Below, in pieces: positions 1-12,767 of a stretch of DNA of 64,000 bases. The position numbers and the translations under genes are program-made. How positions within the stretch are numbered: the stretch's first letter is position 1; each line of letters opens with the position of its first letter. Source of the DNA: Podarcis pityusensis (Eukaryota); NCBI GenBank assembly GCA_964106645.2, contig OZ067040.1; one strand, given 5' to 3'. Below the pieces are notes generated by a model, which saw nothing but the letters and a program-made list of their open reading frames with translations, did no database searches and was not told the DNA's origin.

Positions 1-39
1 TGTCTCTCCGGGTTTTCAGGAAGAGGACATTTCCGCCCC

Positions 40-110
40 TACCTGGAGATGAAGGGAACTGAACCTGGGACCTTGTAATTGCAAGGCAGAAATCCTGCCT
101 CTGAGCTACT
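40..110 (-). mobile_element. tRNA-derived SINE head fragment (Squam3-like)
   Basis: Reverse complement reads gtagctcagaggcag...ggtcccaggttcagttcc. Confidence 0.55.
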
Positions 111-392
111 GAGGCACTTCGCCAAATTCTGTGACACAGATTTTGCGCAGAGATGAACAGCTGACCACTGTCATGGGCAAAACTGGTTGCCTGGCATGGG
201 GAACTAAATCCAGTTCCCTACTCCTACTCTAGAGTCAGCATAGGGGCATGCACCGTTCCTTCCAACTGTCGTCTTCTACGACTTATGCGACTTCCTGGCA
301 ATATGCCACCTGTTAGGTAGATATGATTCGAGGAACAGGGCAGAAGTGTGACATGGTTTCTGAATTCTACTTTGCTGGCTCTCCAGCTGGTC

Positions 393-990
393 CATATGCA
401 GAATTAGCAAGCTTAACTAGTAAAATTAGAGAACAAGATGAGACGGCTTTTAGAGGGTATTGGAAATGTGTGTAGATTATTTAAAAACCTATTGTAAACA
501 TGCGAAAACGCTAGCAGGTTTGGAGAAACTCAGCAGTAAAAGTTACTCTGAGAATAAGGTGGAGGGAGGAAGGTATAGATTCATGATAACATGCAGCAGC
601 AATAGATAATTTGAGGAAACCGTGGAAGGGTGGATGGGAAGTCGACCCTCAAGGAAATAAATACAGTCGTACCTTGGTTTTCGAACAGCTTAGTTCTCAA
701 ACGTTTTGGCTCCCGAACGCCGCAAACCCAGAAGTGACTGTTCCGGTTTGCAAACTATTTTTGGAAGCCGAACGTCCGACGGGGCTTCTGTGGGTTCCGA
801 TTGGCTGCAGGAGCTTCCTGCAGCCAATCAGAAGCCGTGCTTTGGTTTCCAAACGTTTTGGAAGTCAAACGGACTTCCGGAATGGATTCTGTTCGACTTC
901 CAATGTACGACTGTATTGGAAAACGTTTGAGCAATTGTATTTTATTTTAGGAGAAATTATGAACAAAATTGAAACAGAACAAAAAAGAAT
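393..990 (+). mobile_element. L1-clade LINE 3' fragment, interrupted by MITE 664-913
   Basis: YAELASLTSKIREQDE resembles the ORF2 end YAELDRLTGRIRDQDD of the copy at 46967-47818; A-rich end. Confidence 0.65.
664..913. mobile_element. Tc1/mariner-type MITE family A
   Basis: TA|CAGTCGTACCTTGG...GTACGACTG|TA. Confidence 0.85.
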
Positions 991-999
991 CTGAAGGCA

Positions 1000-1177
1000 T
1001 TTTAGTGATCAAGGTTTAATATATAGTTTTTTTAACTGCCGCTATATCTGAATTGTCTCTGTTGTACTCAATTGCAATTCAATGTATCCCTGTTGTGTTT
1101 TATGATTTTCCTGATATTGTAAGTGAACCGGAACTGGTCTGTGACCGTAGTAATAAAATTCATTCATGCATTCATTC
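1000..1177 (+). mobile_element. unclassified retroelement 3' end (second copy 24690-24865)
   Basis: Shared ...ggtctgtgaccg..taataaa + microsatellite tail. Confidence 0.55.
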
Positions 1178-1305
1178 ACCTCCATGTGGTTTGGAATTCT
1201 TCTAATTTGTTGCTGCGTGAAGAAATACCGTCCATAAATCTTCCCACATTCAGTAACCCTTGTCACAGGGCCATTAAAAAAACGGACCTCTCTGTCTTTT
1301 AACAG

Positions 1306-1608
1306 GACAACTTTGGGTTTGACCTCCCCGCTGTGGAGGCTGCCACAAAGAAGCACGAAGCCATCGAGACGGACATTGCCGCCTATGAGGAAAGGGTCCA
1401 GGCGGTGGTGGCTGTGGCTAAGGAGCTGGAGGCTGAGAACTACCACGACATCAAACGCATCACGGCCAGGAAAGACAACGTCTTCCGCCTATGGGAGTAC
1501 CTCCTGGAGCTGCTCAGGGCACGCAGGCAACGGCTGGAGATGAACCTTGGTCTGCAGAAGATATTCCAGGAGATGTTGTACATCATGGACTGGATGGATG
1601 AGATGAAG
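1306..1608 (+). CDS. SPTBN1: beta-II spectrin coding exon 1/25 in window ([18 protein letters not shown]...MDEMK)
   Basis: aacag| acceptor, |gtaatt donor, 303 nt; translation matches beta-II spectrin repeat region. Confidence 0.95.
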
Positions 1609-1749
1609 GTAATTGGCAGAAGTGGGGAACAAATAGGCTCAGAAAGAAGGTTGGACCTTCTAGACTGTAATTATTTAGCAATTACCTAGGTTTTTATTTA
1701 AACATCTTTTTAAAAATGAAAAGAGCCAAGCCTCACGACTAAGGATGTA

Positions 1750-1990
1750 CCGTATTGGCCCGAATATAAGCTGTACCCAAATATCAACTGCACCTTTAAA
1801 ATGGGGGGGGGGGGAGGGAGCTACGCCACGCCACTTTGCTGGCGGCCTTCCCCCTTTTTGCGGTTCGGGGGAGGCTTGGGAGCCGCCATCGGGATGGGCT
1901 CTGTTGTCCCGCACCACTGAAATCTCAAAATACACCTCTCTAATGAAAAAGCCAGCCGTAAAACACAAAGTTTGCCCCCAGGAACTCTAG
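1750..1990. mobile_element. partial TA-CCGTA-type Tc1/mariner MITE
   Basis: ta|ccgtattggcccgaatataag left end; right end not found. Confidence 0.45.
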
Positions 1991-2029
1991 AAAAATGGTG
2001 GTTTTGACTGGGTGGTTTTGTGCAAACAG

Positions 2030-2183
2030 GTGTTGCTGCTGTCTCAAGACTATGGCAAGCATCTCCTCGGAGTAGAAGACCTATTGCAGAAACACACACT
2101 TGTCGAGGCTGACATCTCCATTCAGGCCGAGAGAGTGAGAGGGGTCAATGCATCAGCCCAAAAATTTGCCACAGACGGAGAAG
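2030..2183 (+). CDS. SPTBN1: exon 2/25 (VLLLSQDYGK...ATDGE)
   Basis: aacag| ... |gtaagt; phase 0 to 1. Confidence 0.95.
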
Positions 2184-2480
2184 GTAAGTCTGTTATAAGA
2201 AATGGCAGCTTGGGCTGGTAAGTCCTTGTTTACTTATCCTTTGGTGGAGAGCCACTTTTAAGCTCTTTGTTGGCCCACAAGTGTAATAAACTAATGTTAT
2301 GTAGACCAAGGTGCCTCTACACCCCAATAAAGCATTTGTCCAGAAGATTTGTGGTTCACTGTGCCTCCTCAGCCCCAACTTTTTCTACCAGCAGTCAGGA
2401 GGCATGAGCTACTATACCATGCCCCATTTCCCCCTATTGGGCATGCTGTAATCTGGGAGATTCCCATCGTGGACAACATA

Positions 2481-2722
2481 CAGTCGTACCTTGGATCTCA
2501 AACGCCTTGGCTCCCAAACAAATTGGCTCCCAAATGATCAAAACCTGGAAGTGAGTGTTGTGGTTTTTGAACGTTCTTTTGGAAGCCGAACATCCTCCGC
2601 AGGTTCCGATTGGCTGTAGGAGCTTCCTACAACCAATCATAAGCCACGCTTTGGATTCTGAACATTTTGGAAGTTGAACGGACTTCTGGAGCGGATTCCG
2701 TTCGACTTCCAAGGTACGACTG
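2481..2722. mobile_element. Tc1/mariner-type MITE family A
   Basis: TA|CAGTCGTACCTTGG...CCAAGGTACGACTG|TA. Confidence 0.88.
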
Positions 2723-3150
2723 TACGTACGTTCCACTTTGCATGTGGCTCCTTGGGAATTTCCTACAGCAGAGCATGTGGGGTGGTGGCACTTCTCTCTC
2801 ATCACGTTACAGAGGAAAGTAGTGGGCGAGGCAGGGTGGGGATATAGGAGCACCTGCGTGAAAGGTGCAGGATAATGACAGATGCAATGCGGGATGGGTG
2901 GGTTTGGACCTGTTTGTGCGCTTCTTGGGGAAGTTCTGGCAGAAGAACGATAAGTGGGGTCTCCGAACACGTTCCAGCAGTCTGAATTGCCTCGACATGT
3001 AAGGCATCCCAGAAGATTGCATCTGTTAAATTGAATCTGTTTGGTCCTCAGCGCCCATGAGCACACGAATTATCTTAACATCATCTGCTGAATATAATCT
3101 GGTCTGCTCTGCAGTCTGACTTTCCATATGCCTCTTGTGCCTACCAACAG

Positions 3151-4021
3151 GTTACAAGCCTTGCGACCCGCAAGTTATCCGAGACCGAGTGGCTCACATG
3201 GAGTTCTGCTACCAGGAGCTGTGTCAGTTAGCGGCCGAGCGCCGAGCTCGCTTGGAAGAGTCCCGGCGCCTCTGGAAGTTCTTCTGGGAGATGGCTGAAG
3301 AGGAGGGCTGGATAAGGGAAAAAGAGCAGATCTTGTCGTCGGATGATTACGGAAAAGACTTGACCAGCATCGTCCGCCTTCTCAGCAAGCATAAGGCGTT
3401 TGAGGACGAGATGAGCGGTCGGAGCAGCCACTTCCAACAGGCCATCAAGGAAGGCGAGGACATGATAGCCGAGGACCACTTTGGATCGGAGAAGATCAGA
3501 GAGAGGATCGCGGACATCAAGAACCAGTGGGCCAATCTGGAGCAGCTCTCCACCATCCGGAAGAAGCGACTGGAAGAAGCTTCCCTCCTCCACCAGTTCC
3601 AGGCAGATGCCGATGATATCGACGCGTGGATGTTGGATATCCTCAAGATTGTCTCCAGCAGTGACGTGGGCCACGACGAGTATTCCACTCAGTCCCTGGT
3701 GAAGAAACACAAAGACGTGGCGGAGGAGATTGCAAGCTACAGGTCCATCATGGATTCCCTGCACGAACAGGCCGGAGCCTTGCCGCGGGAGCACGCGGAA
3801 TCAACAGATGTGCAGAGCAGGCTGTCCGGAATGGAAGAAAGGTACAAGGAGGTGGCTGAGCTCACGCGGCTTCGTAAACAGGCCCTGCAGGACACCTTGG
3901 CCCTGTACAAGATGCTCAGCGAAGCGGATGCCTGCGAGCTTTGGATCGACGAGAAGGAACAGTGGCTGATCAACATGGAGATCCCTGAGAAACTGGAAGA
4001 CTTGGAGGTGATCCAGCACAG
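3151..4021 (+). CDS. SPTBN1: exon 3/25 (GYKPCDPQV...EVIQHR)
   Basis: aacag| ... |gtgaga; ORF 3135-4025. Confidence 0.96.
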
Positions 4022-4138
4022 GTGAGAGGCTAAGGGCTGAGATGGGCTCCGTCAGGTACTTGCAGCTCAGCGCCTGATACTGCTTAGTTGTCGGCACTCT
4101 GCTCATGCTTCCTTTTCTTCTTTTTACCCCCTCTCTAG

Positions 4139-4276
4139 ATTTGAAAGCTTAGAGCCGGAAATGAACAATCAGGCGTCACGGGTTGCTGTAGTGAACCAGA
4201 TTGCAAGGCAGCTAATCCACAATGGCCATCCGGGCGAGAAGGAAATCAAGGCGCAGCAAGATAAGCTCAACACAAG
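4139..4276 (+). CDS. SPTBN1: exon 4/25 (FESLEPEMNNQ...DKLNTR)
   Basis: polypyrimidine + tag| ... |gtgggt; phase 2/2; not in ORF track. Confidence 0.95.
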
Positions 4277-4475
4277 GTGGGTTTAGTGATGAATGCAGTA
4301 CTGGTTCTTTCCCATTTACTGTACAGATTTATTATTATTTTATTATGTTTTAAACAACAAAATAAAAAGTAAAAATGTGAGTGGGGAAAAGAAAGGCATA
4401 AGGATCAACAATTACAATTCTATATACGTATGCTTATTTAATATATAAATATTATAATTATCCAAATACATAATA

Positions 4476-4769
4476 CAGTAGTACCTCGAGTTACAAATGC
4501 CTCAGGTTACAAACGCTTCAGATTACAAACTCCGCTAACCTGGAAGAGTTACCTCAAGTTCCGGAGGTCCGTTCTTAACCTGAAACGGTTCTTAACCTGA
4601 AGCACCACTTTAGCTAATGGGGCCTCCTGCTGCAGCCACGCCACCGGAGCACGATTTCTGTTCTCATCCTGAATCAAAGTTCTTAACCCGAGGTACTATT
4701 TCTGGGTTAGCGGAGTCTGTAACCTGAAGCGTATGTATCCTGAAGCGTATGTAACCCGAGGTACCACTC
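4476..4769. mobile_element. Tc1/mariner-type MITE family B (copy at 54954-55179)
   Basis: TA|CAGTAGTACCTCG...CGAGGTACCACTC|TA. Confidence 0.8.
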
Positions 4770-4786
4770 TACACTTAATCTTAACT

Positions 4787-5026
4787 CAGGGGTTGGCAAG
4801 GTTTACCTTGCCTGGGCCGGTTCACTCCAGCAGAGATTCCTCTGGGCTGGAATGTGCGCACACACGAGCGAGCGCGCCTGTGATTTTCCTGCGACACAGA
4901 AGCCGGTTTAGTGCAGTGCGTGGGAGCTTGCCAAGCAGGCAGCTCGGTTTGGGGGTGGCTTATGGGCCAGTTAAACGACCCCTGTGGGCCGCTTGTTGCC
5001 CATGGACATTAGTTTGCCGACCCCTG
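4787..5026. mobile_element. hAT MITE
   Basis: TIR CAGGGGTTGGCAA/TTGCCGACCCCTG; exact 8-bp TSD TCTTAACT. Confidence 0.88.
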
Positions 5027-5137
5027 TCTTAACTGCTTCAGGTTGTTTAGAATTACAGCTATTAAAGTGGGGGAGCAAAGTTCCAAAATCAAAATGAGGA
5101 AAAGGGTCCGCCTGAGACTCTTCCATGAATTGTTAGT

Positions 5138-5255
5138 ATCATAGAATCATAGAGTTGGAAGAGACCACAAGGGCCATCGAGTCCAACCCCCTGCCAAGCA
5201 GGAAACACCATCAGAGCACTCCTATAGAATCATAGAATCATAGAGTAGAATCATA
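5138..5255 (-). mobile_element. CR1-type 3' tail fragment
   Basis: (atcataga)n octamer repeats + gagttggaagagacc. Confidence 0.65.
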
Positions 5256-5488
5256 GTTATTTTCTTTATTCAGATACTCCAGCAGTTATACTGTGGCACA
5301 GTTCACAATAGGAACATGACTTACAGTTCACAGATCAACAACTCCTGCCGTATGTCTTTAAACTTATTTGCGAGCTGAGGGAGCTGAGGTACCTCATATA
5401 CTAAAGAGCACATTTGGCAGTTTGGGAAGGAGGAGCCGTGATAAATGTTATGTTTCTCCATCTTACCTCCTGTATTTCTCTGTACAAG

Positions 5489-6245
5489 GTGGAGCCAGTT
5501 CAGAGAGCTTGTTGACGTGAAGAAAGAGGCCCTTCTCTCAGCCCTCAGTATCCAGAACTACCACCTTGAATGCAACGAAACCAAGTCGTGGATCAGGGAG
5601 AAGACAAAGGTCATTGAATCCACCCAAGAGCTTGGGAACGACCTGGCCGGCGTTATCGCTCTTCAGAGAAAGCTGACTGGGATGGAGCGCGATTTGGTCG
5701 CCATCGAGGCCAAGTTAAGCGACCTGCAGAAAGAAGCCGAAAAGTTGGAATCGGAGCACCCCGACCAAGCTCGGGCCATCCTGTCGAGGCTCGCCGAAAT
5801 CAACGACGTTTGGGAAGAGATGAAGACGACCTTGAAGAACCGCGAGGAGTCCCTTGGGGAGGCCAGCAAGCTGCAGCAGTTTCTGCGCGACCTGGACGAC
5901 TTCCAGTCTTGGCTGTCCCGGACCCAGACGGCCATCGCCTCGGAAGACATGCCGAACACGCTGACGGAGGCCGAGAAGCTGCTCACGCAGCATGAGAACA
6001 TCAAGAACGAGATCGACAATTACGAAGAGGACTATCAGAAGATGAGAGACATGGGTGAGATGGTGACTCAAGGGCAGACGGATGCTCAGTACATGTTCCT
6101 GCACCAGCGCCTGCAGGCCTTGGACACTGGATGGAACGAGCTGCACAAGATGTGGGAAAACCGGCAGAACCTTCTCTCCCAGTCTCATGCCTATCAGCTG
6201 TTCCTCAGAGACACAAAGCAAGCAGAAGCCTTCCTTAACAACCAG
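5489..6245 (+). CDS. SPTBN1: exon 5/25 (WSQFRELV...AFLNNQ)
   Basis: aag| ... |gtgagc; ORF 5445-6518. Confidence 0.95.
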
Positions 6246-6276
6246 GTGAGCAGGTGTCATGTTAAGAAGGGGAGGG

Positions 6277-6458
6277 GGGAGGTCCATAGCTCAGTGGTGG
6301 AACATTGCTTTGCAGGCAGAAGGTTCCAGGTTCATTTCCTGTATCCCCAGTCAAGGCTGGGAATGTCCCCTGCCTTAAACCCCAGACAGCTGCTGCCGGT
6401 CAGAGTGGACAATGCTGAGCTAGATGGACTCAGTGTAAGGCAGTCCCCTATGCTTCTA
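6277..6458 (+). mobile_element. tRNA-derived SINE (Squam3-like)
   Basis: tagctcagtggt A-box, ggttc B-box-like, body ending ggcag..cctatg. Confidence 0.65.
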
Positions 6459-6462
6459 TGTA

Positions 6463-6716
6463 CAGTGGTACCTCTGGATGTGAACGGGATCCATTCCGGA
6501 GCCCCATTCGCATCCTGAGTAGAGCGTAACCTGCGACTGCATGTCTGCGCGTGCCCAGGTCTCGATTCGCCGCTTCCGTGCATGCGCATGACATTTTGAG
6601 CGTCTGCGCATGCGTGAGTGGCGAAACCCGAAAGTAACATGCTCTGTTACTTCCGGGTCACTGGAAGTAACTCGAAAATACTTAACCTGAAGCTACTTAA
6701 ACCTGAGGTATGACTG
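6463..6716. mobile_element. Tc1/mariner-type MITE family C
   Basis: TA|CAGTGGTACCTC...GAGGTATGACTG|TA. Confidence 0.82.
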
Positions 6717-7600
6717 TACTATCTGTCTAGCCTATCAAAGGTTAGGACAGTCACGTAATATGAGCAATTCTGGGGCCTATTTGCCATGCATGGTGTCTGA
6801 AAGAGGTTTAAATACCAGATCTAACCTTCCACTGTAAGTTATTTCCTTGTAGCAGCACATACATTTTGGTACCAGCAAAACTAATTTGTTATCTGCGCCC
6901 ATGGTGTAGAGCTCAGAAAACTCAAGAAGCAGTTTCCTAATTGATCCTCAAGAGCTGCTTCACAGAACCATTTTCTTACAAATTAATCTTCTCAAGTTGA
7001 TCTATTGGCTGCATTCTCCAGACCATGGTTCAGGCTCCTCTTCTGCCCCTTCCCTCTCTGGCATGCCTTAATAGAAGATGTCCTGGTTTCTCAGACCATA
7101 GTTTGCCGTGAAGCTTCAGTCGCTAGACTGTGGTTTGAGTGAACCTAGCAAACCGCAGTTTGGTCCTGATTTCCAGTTCTGGTTTGGAGGGATCACTCAA
7201 ACCACGGTTTGATGGTTCAGACTTAATAGCAAACCATGGTTTAAGGGAATCAGGAAGTCTTCTAAAAAGGCATGACAAAGAGTGGAGAAAGGGGAAGAAG
7301 GAAGGGAAGTTTGAATTTGACACTTGTTCCCAGTCATCTCTAAACCGTGGTCTGGAGGATTGGGAATAGAGCATCTGAATGTAACCAGTGATACGTGGCA
7401 TGCTTTTGTGAATGCTCTAACATACCCCATAAATATGTGAAGATGACTTGCCCACTCTGGGCTCAACACAGATTTGAAAAGTTTTCCGGGAGGTGTAGTG
7501 CTGCTCCCTTGGCATACAATAGAGAATTCACAGAAGTGATATTTCTGCCAACAGTGTCACTGTTGGAAAGGCTTCACTGTAGCTGTTTTAATCATTACAG

Positions 7601-7803
7601 GAATATGTTTTGGCACACACTGAAATGCCCACCACTTTGGAGGGGGCAGAAGCTGCAATCAAAAAACAGGAGGATTTCATGACCACAATGGATGCCAACG
7701 AGGAGAAGATCAATGCAGTTGTAGAGACCGGAAGGAGGCTGGTTAGCGATGGCAACATCAACTCTGACAAGATCCAAGAGAAAGTGGACTCCATTGATGA
7801 CAG
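7601..7803 (+). CDS. SPTBN1: exon 6/25 (EYVLAHTEMP...SIDDR)
   Basis: tacag| ... |gtagac. Confidence 0.95.
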
Positions 7804-8894
7804 GTAGACTTTGCTGAGAATATTTAGTGAGTTGGGCACCAGGTCTACACTCTCCCCATTTCCTTATTTGTGTTTGTCTGTTTTTACAAAATGTACATGC
7901 GGCTTTATATCCAAATTATCCAGTGCACAATTAAATTATGGCTGTCCAGTTTTACTTGACCAGTGTTACCAGGCCAGACCTTCCCTCAAGGGAAGTCCAG
8001 GGCGAATGCCAGCTGTAGGTCCTGCTATGGTGCTGTGACCCCGGCAGCTACCCAAGGGCAGCAGGTACACATGCCCTTTATAAGGCTGCTTGGGTTGTTC
8101 TAGAAAATGTTGGCTATGAAAGGCTCTCAGATTGCACCGTGAGCAGCAGACCTTCTCGGAGCATAAGCCGTTGCTTCAGGACCGCTAATTGTAATGGGAG
8201 GTGTTGACAGATGCTATCAACGCCACCTCATAATTGCACCCAACACATCTCCTGCACCGATTGTCCCTGCCAAGTCTGTCTAGACTTAGGAAGTTAGCCG
8301 TGAGCAGTGCACACCCCCAGCCATCCACAGCACTGTCTGTTAACCGCTGCCAGATGGAAGTGTGAGAGACACAGCAGGACGAAGGGTTGACATTGGCCCT
8401 TGAGGCTGCAGCACTCTGGGATGTCAGCTGCCGCGCCTCATCACTTGAGTAGCAAAGGAACATGTCTGCATGGAGAACATCCGAGGTTCTTCCTTGGGCA
8501 TCTTCGTTTAGAGTAGGGATGAAGAGCCCAAGGGCCTCATTCCCTTCTGGGCAGCTGCTTGAGGGGCCACCTGTCCTATGGGGAGGGGGGCCAGAGACAG
8601 AAGGCGGCAGAACAACAAGTGAAAATGGTTACCTTTTGGCAGTGGGCTAGTTCCTACACATGCTGAAATCCAGGGGGGGATCAGATTTCAAGGACATATT
8701 CCAGCCAGGCAAAAAACACGGGGTGAGCCAGTGAGCAGTGTGGTCTGGGCAGTGTTCTGAAAGTCAGACAGAGGCCTGGAGGGCCAGATTCAACAGCAGG
8801 GCCTGAATTTTTCCAATCCATGAGTGACCTTGGATAGCTGCTGCCCCAGATCAGGGTGACACGCCTCTGAATACTGGTTACTTTTGATTACAAG

Positions 8895-9349
8895 TGGAAG
8901 AGTGGGAGCGGCCGCCGGGACCACATAACACTAGCCCTGAGAGATCTGCATTGGCTCCCAGTACGTTTCCGAGCACAGTTCAAAGTGTTGGTGCTGACCT
9001 TTAAAGCCCTAAGCGGCCTCGGTCCTGTATACCTGAAGGAGCGTCTCCACCCCCATCGTTCAGCCCGGACACTGAGATCCAGCGCTGAGGGCCTTCTGGC
9101 GGTTCCCTCATTGCGAGAAGTGAGGTTGCAGGGAACCAGACAGAGGGCCTTCTCGGTAGTGGCACCCACCCTGTGGAACGCCCTCCCAGCAGATGTCAAA
9201 GAGAAAAATAACTACCAAACTTTTAGAAGACATCTGAAGGCAGCCCTGTTTAGAGAAGTTTTTAATATTTAATGCTGTACTGTTTTTAACACTTGATTGG
9301 GAGCCGCCCAGAGTGGCTGGGGAAACTCAGCCAAATGGGCGGGGTATAA

Positions 9350-9392
<43 letters not shown>
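8895..9392 (+). mobile_element. L2-clade LINE 3' end with (TTA)n tail
   Basis: LHWLPVRFRAQFKVLVLTFKAL...RAFSVVAPTLWNALP motif typical of L2 ORF2 C-terminus. Confidence 0.85.
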
Positions 9393-10889
9393 GTGCAATT
9401 CCTCTCAGGTTGTGGGCTTCCCATAGGCATATCCAGTTGGTTGTTAGAGGGCCTCTGGGTTGATCTGGCAAAGCTCTTCTTGCGCTCTTGGAGTTGCCAG
9501 TGCTCAATGAGATGGACCAGCTCTCTGTCTTGGTATAAGACTCCTTCCTCTGTCAGCTACCACCTATGTTTCTCCCTCACAAAATGGCCGCCAAAATGAG
9601 GAAACCAGAAGGAAAGGGAGGCTCACAAAGCTTGCCGCACGAGCCTTTGCCAACTTAGTGCCCTCCAGATAATTTTGGACCCCAACTCCCATCAGCCCCG
9701 GCTAGCATGGCCAATGACTGGGGATGATGGGAGTTGTAGTTCGGCAACACCTGAAAGATACCACTGTGGGTTGCCTCTGGATAGGGATGACCAACTTCTC
9801 CTGCGATGGAGCAGAAGTCTTCTACAGCACCGCCAGGCTGCAGTTTCAAGTTTGGGTTGCTCGTTTTAATGTTGTGACTGCGTCTGGAAAGACGTTAAGC
9901 TTTTGGGGGGGAAACAACGACACATTTTTATGGATGTTTTTCTTTTTTTAAAAACCACAGCCTCCGCTTACATAAGCCTAATCACCTGCAAGGCAAGTTT
10001 AAGGCTGTTACTTTCTTTAGGGATTATAGAAACCGCTGGAGCTGGCCTTGGTGAAAGTAAGTTTATGGGGTGCTGAGTCATAGCAGTGACTTATTAAAGA
10101 GCCTTTGAGGAAAACTTGTCTTCTGTGAGGAAGCCTCGTAATGTGTAATGGGATCAGAAAGAGGCTTCAAGTTTGGTCAAAGCATGTTAACTTTAATGTG
10201 GTTAAAATAAAAAAATTTAAAAAATTAGTTGGACCCATTTTTGCCCTGTACAACAGGAGAGAAATCCTAATTTGATTAGCGCAGGGGAAGCTGGCCCAGT
10301 CTCTGTGGCTAAATCCAATATAGCTCAAATGATGTACAGGAAATAGCATGACCACTGTCTGTAACCAGCATGGTTTTACAATCTAATGTTCTCTTCCCCT
10401 ACAAAAAAAAGGAGCGTGTGTAACCACATGGACCTCATATTTTCTTTCTAGAAGTGAAATGCCATTACAGTGCAGCAGGTGAGAGTTTTGGAGCCTTGAA
10501 CAGGGAGAGGGGCTGGTTTCAAATTCCTGCTTGCTAGGTGGCCTTTGGCAAGGTACCATCTCTCTGCCCAGCCTGCTTCACTTCTAGCACATACAACGAG
10601 AGCCGGTGTAACCAAGAGAGGAAGCTGCAAATCACAGAGTCCTGGGTTCAAATCTCACCGGAATTGAGAAGGCAGCCTTAGTTAGACAGGATACTCTCTG
10701 GGGCTCAACATGTCTTCAGTTGCCGTGTAGCAGTAATAATATGGATGTACAGGGCAGGGTTATTACTAACAGGATAATGTCTGCGAACCTTCTGATGTTG
10801 GAGACCGCAATGTGCCTCTTGGGAACACTCTTCCCCATTTTCACAGACTGAATAGGAAAGAGAGGAGTTGTAGTCCGAAACGTCTAGAA

Positions 10890-11113
10890 CAGGCACATCC
10901 AACAGGTAGATCGTGATCTACCAGTAGATCATTGGACGTCTGTGGTAGATCACTGGTAGATCACTGGCTCCCCCCAAAGAATCTCAACAACTTCGGTTCC
11001 CCTAAAAAAAGCTCAACATTTTTGCCCTGCACCCCCCAAAAAAGGGGGATAGATCACTGCCAGTTTATAACTCTGTGAGTAGATCGTGGTCACTTGGGAG
11101 TTGGACACCCCTG
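10890..11113. mobile_element. hAT MITE
   Basis: CAGG..TCCAAC/GTTGGACACCCCTG; TSD gtctagaa/ttctagaa. Confidence 0.7.
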
Positions 11114-11863
11114 TTCTAGAATACCTGAGGCTGGATGTGTGTGTGTTTCTGGGTGTGTTTGGTCTTGCAAGGTGAGCTTTGTGAGCTTCCTTGTACAGGG
11201 AAGTTTTTAGTGTTTGATGTTTTCTGGCGATTTTCTATTTTGCTGGAAGCTGCCCAGAGTGGCTGGAGCAACGCAGTCAGGTGGGTGGCATATAAATAAT
11301 AAAACAACCCCCTCCAATTCTGGTTTCAAAGCACAGGAAACTGATGTGAGGACATGTCGCCTACTCGGGAAGGGATCATGTCTCAGTTGTGCCCCCCACT
11401 CAGCTCCTTTCTGAGGGGAAAGTGTTTTGGCTGCCCAAAAACTATAGCTGCATTAGTAACGTTTCAAACGGCTGTCTCTCTTAAGGAGTGCAGGAATTCT
11501 TTTTAGGAAATATGTATCTCATTTTTCCAGCATCCATAGTTCTGCAAACTGCTGCCCCTCCCCAGAACAGACCTTAAATACAAAGCCCCATCCTTTGTTG
11601 ATGTCTCTTGCATTATTCTGGACGGACAACTCTCCATAATGCTTTGCTTCATTCTGTTGTGTGTGGGAAAAGTTCTGAGGCCTGCCATTGTGTCCTTCTT
11701 TTCAAGGAGTGTTGTCCCCGATTAGAGGATGTTTGGAGAGTCCAAAAGATGGAGAGATATGCAACAGAGCTTCCATTCAGGCAGCGTATAATAATCAAAA
11801 CCACAAAAGTCCTCCAGAGTTTCCACATTTAAGAAGTTCCTTCCTTGTTTTTGTTTTCAACAG

Positions 11864-11954
11864 GCATAAGAAGAACCGGGAGGTGGCCAGTGAGCTTCTG
11901 ATGAGATTAAAAGACAACAGAGATCTTCAAAAGTTTCTTCAGGATTGCCAAGAG
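11864..11954 (+). CDS. SPTBN1: exon 7/25 (HKKNREVASE...LQDCQE)
   Basis: aacag| ... |gtatgt. Confidence 0.95.
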
Positions 11955-12262
11955 GTATGTTTTTTTTGAGGGAAAAGAGTATTTGGCAGAAAAGGCCCCT
12001 CATATTCTCCTTGAACAAAGCTGGCTTAGAATCACGCTCTTTCTCTTTGGGTTTCCATTTGTCTTTCATCTCTGATCCATTAACTTATAATAGATAAGAG
12101 CCATCATCCCTGAAGCAATTGATTACCTACCCTCTAATGGCAGCCAGTTATTAGAGGATTTCCCTGCCTACCTTTCTTGTTAGCGGTTAAAGAAATTTTG
12201 TCTCTTTTTATTTTTAAAAATGGGATATTGTCCACCCTGTGGACTTGATCCTGGAGATTAGG

Positions 12263-12767
12263 TGTTGTTGTTTAGTCGTTTAGTCGTGTCCGACTCTTTG
12301 TGACCCCATGGACCAGAGCACGCCAGGCACTCCTGTCTTCCACTGCCTCCCGCAGTTTGGTCAAACTCATGCTGGTAGCGTCGAGAACACTATCCAACCA
12401 TCTCATCCTCTGTCGTCCCCTTCTCCTTGTGCCCTCCATCTTTCCCAGCATCAGGGTCTTTTCCAGGGAGTCTTCTCTTCTCATGAGGTGGCCAAAGTAT
12501 TGGAGCCACAGCTTCACGATCTGTGCTTCCAGTGAGCACTCAGGGCTGATTTCCTTAAGAATGTATAGGTTTGATCTTCTTGCAGTCCATGGGACTCTCA
12601 AGAGTCTCCTCCAGCACCATAATTCAAAAGCATCAATTCTTCGGTGATAAGCCTTCTTTATGGTCCAGCTCTCACTTCCATACATCACTACTGGGAAAAC
12701 CATAGCTTTTACTATACGGACCTTTATTAGCAAGGTGATGTCTCTACTTTTTAAGATGCTGTCTAGG
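12263..12767 (-). mobile_element. Bov-B (RTE) LINE 3' fragment
   Basis: LDSILKSRDITL...DAFELWCWRRLLRVPWTARRSN...GVTKSRTRLND, (CAA)n tail. Confidence 0.92.

Noticed and set aside
3228-6287. Long antisense ORFs (3228-3794, 5715-6287)
   Set aside because: Shadows of GC3-rich spectrin exons.
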